Part shown: piece after piece, positions 24,160-32,000 of the stretch
Position numbering within the stretch: position 1 is the first letter of the stretch
Layout of the letters: every line of letters begins with the position of its first letter
Source: Candidatus Kuenenia stuttgartensis
Lineage (GTDB): Bacteria > Planctomycetota > Brocadiia > Brocadiales > Brocadiaceae
Direction: 5' to 3'
Assembly: GCF_900232105.1 (NCBI RefSeq)
Contig: NZ_LT934425.1
Span: forward strand, 90,001 to 122,000
Length of the DNA: 32,000 nt
Program-made: the position numbers and the translations under genes
Notes under the pieces: model-generated
Told to the model about the DNA's origin: nothing
What the model saw: only the letters and a program-made list of their open reading frames with translations
Database searches by the model: none

Positions 24160-24182
24160 AGAGACGCATACAATGCGTCTCT
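24160..24182 (-). terminator. Candidate intrinsic terminator of the atp operon
   Basis: A 9-bp stem agagacgca/tgcgtctct with a 5-nt loop lies 14 nt downstream of the atpC stop on the minus strand. It is followed by tttgtgg, which is only weakly U-rich. Confidence 0.35.
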
Positions 24183-24195
24183 ACATGGATTTCTC

Positions 24196-24600
24196 TTATT
24201 TATTCGCAAGACTCAACCATGTTTCCGCACGTTTCAGCGTTGCCATAACGTGTTCTTTTTGTCCACGGGCTTCTTCTTTGCTCAATGCCTCCTCCGCAGA
24301 TCTTTTCTCTTCCCGAACTTTCACAATGTCTATTTCTTCTTTTGTAACACACGAATCAGCCAGTACGATTGCTTTATTCGCAACCATTTCAAAAAAACCC
24401 CCATCAACCGCAAAGCTTACCGTGGAGTCTTTTTCGTCCTTTATCGTCAGGATACTCGTCTGTAATTCAGTAATAAATGGTGCATGGTCAATCAATATTC
24501 CAAATGAACCTTGTGTTCCCATAGCGGTTATATTCTTTACCAAACCTTTAAATACTGTTTTCATCGGAGTTATAATCTCTAAATCAAACGTTTTTGTCAT
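24196..24600 (-). CDS. atpC: F1 ATP synthase subunit epsilon
   Basis: 134 aa. LEIITP...F.G.V..I.A.G..G.FGIL..HAP pattern, located immediately after atpD. Confidence 0.85.
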   Translation of the reverse strand: MTKTFDLEIITPMKTVFKGLVKNITAMGTQGSFGILIDHAPFITELQTSILTIKDEKDSTVSFAVDGGFFEMVANKAIVLADSCVTKEEIDIVKVREEKRSAEEALSKEEARGQKEHVMATLKRAETWLSLANK

Positions 24601-24602
24601 GC

Positions 24603-26018
<1,416 letters not shown>

Positions 26019-26155
26019 TTATATATCCACTCCTTCCATTATTTCCTCTGTCGAAAACAGATAGTTCGGTAAAAGTATGTCTCTCTATCCAATAACTATC
26101 AGCGAATACCTGAAAGCCGCTTAAATAAAATGATATCCTGCCTGATGACTATATA

Positions 26156-27028
26156 TCATGCCAAGGCTTCAGCACCTGAAACTATCTCGAGCAATTCTTT
26201 GGTAATTGCCTCCTGCCTTGCTTTATTATAGATGCTCGTCAAGTTATCTATCATATCCCCTGCATTTTCGGTAGCGGCAATCATTGCAACTCTCCTGGCG
26301 GCAAATTCAGATGTCAGCGATTCTAAAATGCACTGATAAATCTGCGTCTCGATATATTTAGGGAATATATTATTGAGAATATCTTCGACGGAAGGCTCTA
26401 CAATATACTCCCTTTTTTCTCTTCCTTCCCCGCCAAATCCTTCCTTTTCAATAGGAAACAAGCGGATGCTTGCAGGAAACGACTGCATTACGGTGTGAAA
26501 TTTGGTAAAAAATACATGCAACTCTCCATACTCCAGATTATTATAGTCCCGGATTAATTTTGCAGCAAAGGATTTAACCCAATCCAAACCCAGTTTTTCC
26601 ACACTTTCAGGGATAGACTCTTCGATAGAATAGACGTCTCTTCTTTTCGAAAAATACAGATTCGCCTTTTTCCCTATAAGGATTAATTTTACTTGCCGAT
26701 TGTTTTCCTTAATAAATCTCACTGTTTTTTGAATAATATTATTATTATATGCACCACATAGTCCCTTATCCGCAGTGATCAGCATAACTTTTACCGGAGA
26801 ATTTACGCTTTCTTTTTTAGCAAACCAGCGGTAAGCACTTTCCTGCGGCAAAGAAGAAATTAAATCACTTACCATCTGATGAAGTTTTTCTGCAAAAGTT
26901 CTCGATGCGTGCACCCTGCTTTCCACTTTTTTCAAACGGCTGGCGGCTACCATTTCCATAGCCCGTGTAATCTGTTTTATGCTTGAAATGCCTCTGATTC
27001 TCTCTTTAATTTCACGCGTACTCTGCAT
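26156..27028 (-). CDS. atpG: F1 ATP synthase subunit gamma
   Basis: 290 aa. N-terminal IKERIRGISSIKQITRAMEMVAASRL and C-terminal ITKELLEIVSGAEAL. Confidence 0.9.
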   Translation of the reverse strand: MQSTREIKERIRGISSIKQITRAMEMVAASRLKKVESRVHASRTFAEKLHQMVSDLISSLPQESAYRWFAKKESVNSPVKVMLITADKGLCGAYNNNIIQKTVRFIKENNRQVKLILIGKKANLYFSKRRDVYSIEESIPESVEKLGLDWVKSFAAKLIRDYNNLEYGELHVFFTKFHTVMQSFPASIRLFPIEKEGFGGEGREKREYIVEPSVEDILNNIFPKYIETQIYQCILESLTSEFAARRVAMIAATENAGDMIDNLTSIYNKARQEAITKELLEIVSGAEALA

Positions 27029-27031
27029 CCG

Positions 27032-28546
27032 CTAACCCTTCTTGTCAAAAATTTGCTTAAATTCCCTGATAGCGTTTTCCAGCTTCGACGATAATTCCTG
27101 GTCGATTTTTTTCTTCTCGTTAATTTCCAAACTTATCGAGGCGTGTTTTTGCTTCATGAAAGCAAGAAATTCTTTCTCGAATTTTTTTATTTTGTCAACC
27201 GGAATATCATCCAAAAAACCGTTTATTCCGGCAAAAATAGCCATAACCTGATCTTCCACCAAAGCGGGTTCATACTGCGGCTGTTTCAGGATTTCTACCA
27301 GTCGTTCACCTTTTGCGATCTGGGCCTGGGTAAATTTATCCAATTCCGAACCAAACTGCGCAAACGAAGCCATTTCCCTGTATTGCGCCAACGTAAGCCG
27401 CAACATGCCTGCAACCTTTTTCATTGCCGGTATCTGTGCGTTTCCTCCCACCCTGGATACAGACAACCCTACAGAAATCGCTGGCCTTACGCCGGCATTA
27501 AACAAATCGCTTTCAAGATAAATCTGTCCATCTGTAATGGAAATAACATTTGTCGGAATATAAGCAGAATAATCACCGCCTTGTGTTTCTACCACTGGCA
27601 AGGCTGTAAGAGAACCAGCACCAAGCTCATCGTTCAATTTCGCCGCTCTTTCAAGCAAACGTGAATGCAAATTAAAAATGTCTCCCGGAAATGCTTCCCG
27701 CCCCGGTGGACGTCTTAAAAGGAGAGAAATCTGTCGGTATGCAATCGCGTGCTTGTATAAATCATCATACATAACAACCGCATGCATGCCGTTATCCCTG
27801 AAATATTCTCCCATAGCACAACCTGCATAGGGCGCTATATATTGCAATGGAGCAGGATCTCCGGCAGATGCAACGACAACAATGCTGTTGTCCATCACAT
27901 TATTTTCTTCCAATGTCTTCACTACACTCGCAACCGTCGACATCTTTTGCCCGATTGCCACATAGATACAGTACACCCCTGATGTTCTTTGGTTGATAAT
28001 AGTATCCACCAAAATCGCCGTTTTCCCGGTCTGCCGGTCGCCGATAATCAGTTCGCGCTGTCCTCTTCCTATGGGAATCATTGCATCAATCGCCTTTATA
28101 CCTGTCTGTAAAGGTTCTTTTACAGGCTGTCTTTCCACTACGTTCGGAGAATTTCCCTCAATGGGCCTGAATTCGTCGGTAGCGATCGGACCCTTTCCAT
28201 CAATCGGCAGGCCCAGCGCATTTACTACACGCCCCAACATCGCCTTGCCCACCGGCACCTGAACAATTTTTCCCGTAGTTTTTACAATATCGCCTTCCTT
28301 TATTTTATCCTCGGAACCAAGCAAAATTGCGCCCACATTATCCTCTTCCAGATTCATGGCAATGCCATATACATTATCCGGAAACTCCAATAATTCGTTT
28401 GACATACATTCATCAAGACCGTAAATACGGGCAACGCCATCACCGACCTGCATCACATAGCCGACATTTTCTAACTTTAACTTTTCTTCGTAGCTCTCAA
28501 TTTCTCTTTTTATGATTGAAGCAATATCCCCTAACGCCATATACAT
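27032..28546 (-). CDS. atpA: F1 ATP synthase subunit alpha
   Basis: 504 aa. Walker A GDRQTGKT, plus [17 protein letters not shown] and the SITDGQI motif. Confidence 0.97.
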   Translation of the reverse strand: MYMALGDIASIIKREIESYEEKLKLENVGYVMQVGDGVARIYGLDECMSNELLEFPDNVYGIAMNLEEDNVGAILLGSEDKIKEGDIVKTTGKIVQVPVGKAMLGRVVNALGLPIDGKGPIATDEFRPIEGNSPNVVERQPVKEPLQTGIKAIDAMIPIGRGQRELIIGDRQTGKTAILVDTIINQRTSGVYCIYVAIGQKMSTVASVVKTLEENNVMDNSIVVVASAGDPAPLQYIAPYAGCAMGEYFRDNGMHAVVMYDDLYKHAIAYRQISLLLRRPPGREAFPGDIFNLHSRLLERAAKLNDELGAGSLTALPVVETQGGDYSAYIPTNVISITDGQIYLESDLFNAGVRPAISVGLSVSRVGGNAQIPAMKKVAGMLRLTLAQYREMASFAQFGSELDKFTQAQIAKGERLVEILKQPQYEPALVEDQVMAIFAGINGFLDDIPVDKIKKFEKEFLAFMKQKHASISLEINEKKKIDQELSSKLENAIREFKQIFDKKG

Positions 28547-28667
28547 CTACTCCTGTATAAACCATTAAAATCATGTGGCAAGTTTACACCTGACACGAAA
28601 CAAACCTGGCCAAGCATATAATACCGTACTGACTTTCCAACTTTAAGAAACCACCAAGCGGCCATGA

Positions 28668-29216
28668 TTAATTTGCCCTGATTTCCATAAGTTTCGACCT
28701 TAAATTTCTCAATCGGCTAGCAACGCTGCCGTCAATCATTTTATTTTCAATCTCAACTACAAGTCCACCCAGTATTTGAGGATTCTCAACAACTTCGATC
28801 TCCACAATTTTCCCGGTGAGTTTTTTTATGCCTGCCCTGAGATTTTCCAGTCTCTCGCCAACTATAGGTATTGCAGCCTGTATTTTTGCCCTGACCACTC
28901 CTTTTTTCTTATCAACAACCTTTCGGTACACATCAGGGATTACGTCCAAAAGCGCCTCTCTTCTGCGATCTACCAATAAATACAAAAAATCAATCATCAG
29001 TCCGGAAACGTATTCGCCAAACACCGCTTTGATAGTATCTTTTTTTTCCTTATGTGTTATGGAAGGGTGCAGGAGCATCTTCTTAAAATCTGCATGCCTT
29101 GTCATTGTATCAGAAAGCAGATCGAGATCCTTTTCAATCTGTCCTAGCAAATCCCTATCGGCCGCCACTTCAAGGAGCGCATTCACAAAGGTAACCGCAA
29201 CGCTCTTATCTAACAC
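28668..29216 (-). CDS. atpH: F1 ATP synthase subunit delta (OSCP)
   Basis: 182 aa of OSCP-like length. C-terminal GGLVVEIENKMIDGSVASRL motif, located between atpF and atpA. Confidence 0.8.
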   Translation of the reverse strand: MLDKSVAVTFVNALLEVAADRDLLGQIEKDLDLLSDTMTRHADFKKMLLHPSITHKEKKDTIKAVFGEYVSGLMIDFLYLLVDRRREALLDVIPDVYRKVVDKKKGVVRAKIQAAIPIVGERLENLRAGIKKLTGKIVEIEVVENPQILGGLVVEIENKMIDGSVASRLRNLRSKLMEIRAN

Positions 29217-29715
29217 TCAGCCCCTCCATATCTTTAATCACATCATCAACCAACGTTTCCGCAGTCTGCTGATTGATGGACTGTTGAATTATACGAGAAG
29301 AAGCCAGCATAGAAAGGGAAACCACCTGGTTCCTGATTTCGGTAAGGGCCTTTTTCCTTTCCTGTTCAATGCCTTCCTGCGCCTTCAAACGAATCAGTTC
29401 CGCTTCATCCTGCGCACGGCTTACAATCCCTTCGCCAAGTTTCCCCCCTTCATCGATCGCTTCCTGAATCTTCATTGCCGCAGCAGTTTCGACTTCAGCG
29501 AGTTTCACCTGATAGTCGATTTTCATCTTTTCGACAGCGGACTTATCCCCTTCTATCTTTGCGTAACTGCTTTTTATCCCTTCGCTTCTCTCCTTCATGA
29601 GAGCCGATATTTTACCAAAAAGAAACTTTTTGAGAACAAAAAGCAGTATTAAAAACCCAACGCCCTGGACTATAACAGACTTAAAATTTATTCCAAGGGT
29701 ATTTAAAATGTCCAA
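29206..29715 (-). CDS. atpF: Fo ATP synthase subunit b
   Basis: 169 aa. Single N-terminal TM (VGFLILLFVLKKFLF) then a long charged helix. It overlaps the atpH start by 11 nt. Confidence 0.8.
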   Translation of the reverse strand: MDILNTLGINFKSVIVQGVGFLILLFVLKKFLFGKISALMKERSEGIKSSYAKIEGDKSAVEKMKIDYQVKLAEVETAAAMKIQEAIDEGGKLGEGIVSRAQDEAELIRLKAQEGIEQERKKALTEIRNQVVSLSMLASSRIIQQSINQQTAETLVDDVIKDMEGLSVR

Positions 29716-29739
29716 TGAAATCTCCTCCTACATCAATTC

Positions 29740-30012
29740 TTACTTGATAGCGTGTTGAATTACCTCTAAAACAGCTTCCGTCTTCGGCAATTTTCCAAGA
29801 AGGATAAAAGACACCATCAATGAATAAATCGTCAGAGATTCAATAAACGCAAGACCAACAAACATAACCAATTGTATCTTCCCCGCCATGTCAGGCTGTC
29901 TGGCCATACCATTTGCCGCACCATAAACTGCAATTCCCTGTCCAATACCGCACCCAAAGGCAGCGATAGCCAATAATGACACTGCAATAGCTAATAAAGC
30001 AAAATATACCAC
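29740..30012 (-). CDS. atpE: Fo ATP synthase subunit c, copy 2 (canonical GxGxGxG)
   Basis: 90 aa. GCGIGQG motif, ARQP loop, and the ion-binding FIESLTIYSL in helix 2. Confidence 0.85.
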   Translation of the reverse strand: MVYFALLAIAVSLLAIAAFGCGIGQGIAVYGAANGMARQPDMAGKIQLVMFVGLAFIESLTIYSLMVSFILLGKLPKTEAVLEVIQHAIK

Positions 30013-30185
30013 CTATACCCCTCCTTCTAAAAAAAGTAATTTAAAATACAGATATCACCAACTTCAATCGCAATCTTTTTCTGATTGCAGCACAACTTTC
30101 TTCTCCTCTTTTTCCCGCACTATACTATTCATCTTATGTAACAAAACACTCTATGCAGAGCGCGATAAGAAGCAGAAAATACCCG

Positions 30186-30512
30186 TTATTTCGCGCTCAA
30201 CTGAAGAACTATCCCCGCGGCAGACGAAAGTAATTCTTCGTTTGAAGTATTCTTCCTGAATATTTTAAGAACCTCCTCAGATTTAGGCAGTTTTCCAAAC
30301 AGCATAAACGATATCATTAGAGAATAAATCGCAAGAGACTCAATAAAGGCAATTCCGATTATCATTGCCAACTGCACCTTCGCCGCAACCGAAGGCTGCC
30401 GCGCCATACTTTCAACGGCGCTGCTCACCACTTTTGCCTGAGCGAGAGCACAACCAAACGCTGCAACTGCAACTACAGGAATTCCAATCACTAATGCTAC
30501 AAAATAATCCAT
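30186..30512 (-). CDS. atpE: Fo ATP synthase subunit c, copy 1 (GxAxAxA variant with long C-terminal tail)
   Basis: 108 aa from MDYF. The track ORF starts 11 codons earlier, at 30545. GCALAQA replaces the Gly motif. ARQP loop and FIESLAIYSL are present, followed by a tail of about 35 aa after helix 2. Confidence 0.75.
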   Translation of the reverse strand: MDYFVALVIGIPVVAVAAFGCALAQAKVVSSAVESMARQPSVAAKVQLAMIIGIAFIESLAIYSLMISFMLFGKLPKSEEVLKIFRKNTSNEELLSSAAGIVLQLSAK

Positions 30513-30620
30513 TTCACTACTCCTTTTATTGAAAATTTGAACCATTTAAAAATAGCATCAAACTCTTATTGGAGAGATAAAAAATGAAAACCAGAACCCA
30601 CTGCGCAGTTGCAGATTAAC

Positions 30621-31394
30621 TTAATGATGTTCTTCTTCATCGTGGATGCCAATAGCCCCTGCAATGTAAAAACTCGCCAGAAGCGCAAAAATCATCGCCT
30701 GGATAGTGCTTCCAAGTAAAGCAAGAAATACCATTGGCAGATGTATCGGTAACGGTATAAAACCAAGCAGAAAGGGAGCAAACCCGATAAATATCGCAAT
30801 CACCGTATCCTCACCCAGGATGTTTCCAAAGAGTCGCATGGATAACGACAGGGGACGGGAAAGCACTTCCTGCATTATATGCAGCGGAAAGGTAAGTGGT
30901 GCAAGCCATACAGGTTTACCCACCATATGCTTAAGATAACCAAAAACTCCCTTGCTCTTTATCCCTTGATACTGCGTTGCAAAGAAAACAATAAGCGCAA
31001 GTGCAACTGTTGTGTTTAAATTACTCGTAGGTGAATGGAACAGGGGTATCTGCCCCAACATGTTCATGCAAAATATATAAATAAAGAACGTGCCAATAAA
31101 AGGTATAAAACGCTCTGCCACCCGCCCCATCTGTGATTTTGTAAAATTTTCCAGCCCTTCAACTATAAGTTCCAACAGGGACTGAATCCTCCCGGGCACC
31201 ATCCGTAATTTCCGGGTTGCCAGAAGGGAAAATAGTCCCAGAAAAATGATTATCAACGCAGACATCACTATCGGTACCCACTCATGTTTTGTCAAACCAA
31301 AAAACTGACTGTGTGCGTCCGATGGAATAAAATCTAAAAATGATGGCAATTCGGTGGAAGTACCACCATCGCCGCCGTGACCTTCAGCAGACAC
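30621..31394 (-). CDS. atpB: Fo ATP synthase subunit a
   Basis: 257 aa, polytopic. Contains the conserved LSLSMRLFGNILGE with the essential Arg. Confidence 0.9.
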   Translation of the reverse strand: MSAEGHGGDGGTSTELPSFLDFIPSDAHSQFFGLTKHEWVPIVMSALIIIFLGLFSLLATRKLRMVPGRIQSLLELIVEGLENFTKSQMGRVAERFIPFIGTFFIYIFCMNMLGQIPLFHSPTSNLNTTVALALIVFFATQYQGIKSKGVFGYLKHMVGKPVWLAPLTFPLHIMQEVLSRPLSLSMRLFGNILGEDTVIAIFIGFAPFLLGFIPLPIHLPMVFLALLGSTIQAMIFALLASFYIAGAIGIHDEEEHH

Positions 31395-31628
31395 TCTCCC
31401 TTGCTCCTTTCGATATGAATTCTATTTTAAACCTAAGCTGGCATAGCCAGAACCAAACAAGCACTAAAAGCGAAATACGAAAGAGAAACCACAGATTATA
31501 CCGATTTCGTCGTTAGCTCAGCCGAACGATTCCAGAGATTAAAGAAACGGCACAAGCTTATAATTGACCAATTTCACCGTTAAATATTTTGCCAAAAAAT
31601 GCAAAGAAATTACTAATCTGACAAGATA

Positions 31629-31955
31629 CTAACCATTCACCTTTTCGTAAGGGAATTTTACCCTATTGTTCAATTGCCTTACGAACAAGCTCCCCAATAT
31701 TTTCAGCATTATTACGGCCATTACCATGCTTAGTCCTATAAACAGAGCGATTATATTGACCTCTAAAAAGACGCATGCAAAAAAAAGCATCCCCCCCGCT
31801 ATGAAATACTTCGCAATACTCACCTTGAGGATAAACCCCTTTATTTGCGCCCTTTTTTTCTCAACACCAAAACGTATTCCCCACCACGACATTTTAAACA
31901 ACAACAAACTAATGAAACACCCTATTGCAACACTTAACGTCAATTTTGCGGACAT
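31629..31955 (-). CDS. Small polytopic membrane protein, possibly AtpI/AtpZ-like
   Basis: 3-4 hydrophobic segments, located upstream of atpB where atpI or atpZ usually sits. The frame stays open upstream to the window edge (read by hand), so the true start may lie outside the window. Confidence 0.4.
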   Translation of the reverse strand: MSAKLTLSVAIGCFISLLLFKMSWWGIRFGVEKKRAQIKGFILKVSIAKYFIAGGMLFFACVFLEVNIIALFIGLSMVMAVIMLKILGSLFVRQLNNRVKFPYEKVNG

Positions 31956-32000
31956 ATAAGAAAACGAACCCGCTATTATAATCAGCGATAAATAAAATGA

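Noticed and set aside
31505-31560. tRNA-like D-arm string gttagctcag in the atpB upstream intergenic region
   Set aside because: No T-arm (GTTCGAATC-like) is present, and no acceptor or anticodon stems can be drawn.

Overview
The window has three parts. (1) 1-1631 holds housekeeping genes: a partial yqgE/algH-family gene, rpiB and a TlpA-like thioredoxin. (2) About 1640-21200 is an accessory region dominated by a type III-A CRISPR-Cas locus, all on the minus strand. Read along that strand it runs: cas6, leader 2 and array 2 (11 repeats), a four-helix-bundle pseudogene broken by a hexanucleotide microsatellite, cas10 split by a 2004-bp IS4/IS1634-like element, csm2, csm3, csm4, csm5, a small membrane-anchored Cys-rich ORF, a csm6-like CARF-HEPN gene, a vestigial degenerate repeat with a leader-like sequence, a 2-TM CARF protein, csx3, a reverse transcriptase, cas1, cas2, then leader 1 and array 1 (9 repeats). 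The distal edge (1640-3700) is a decay zone holding a RAYT/IS200-like transposase pseudogene, a hicA pseudogene, a MITE-like element and dense REP-like hairpins. (3) 21478-32000 holds tRNA-Val(GAC), tsaB, a membrane ORF, rfbB and a complete F1Fo ATP synthase operon on the minus strand, with two divergent tandem c-subunit genes. The best candidates for something undescribed are two membrane proteins embedded in the type III operons. One is a 298-aa 2-TM + CARF protein whose stop overlaps the csx3 start. The other is a 131-aa TM + double-CxxC protein between csm5 and csm6. All functional calls come from reading the translations for family motifs and from gene context. No database search was possible.
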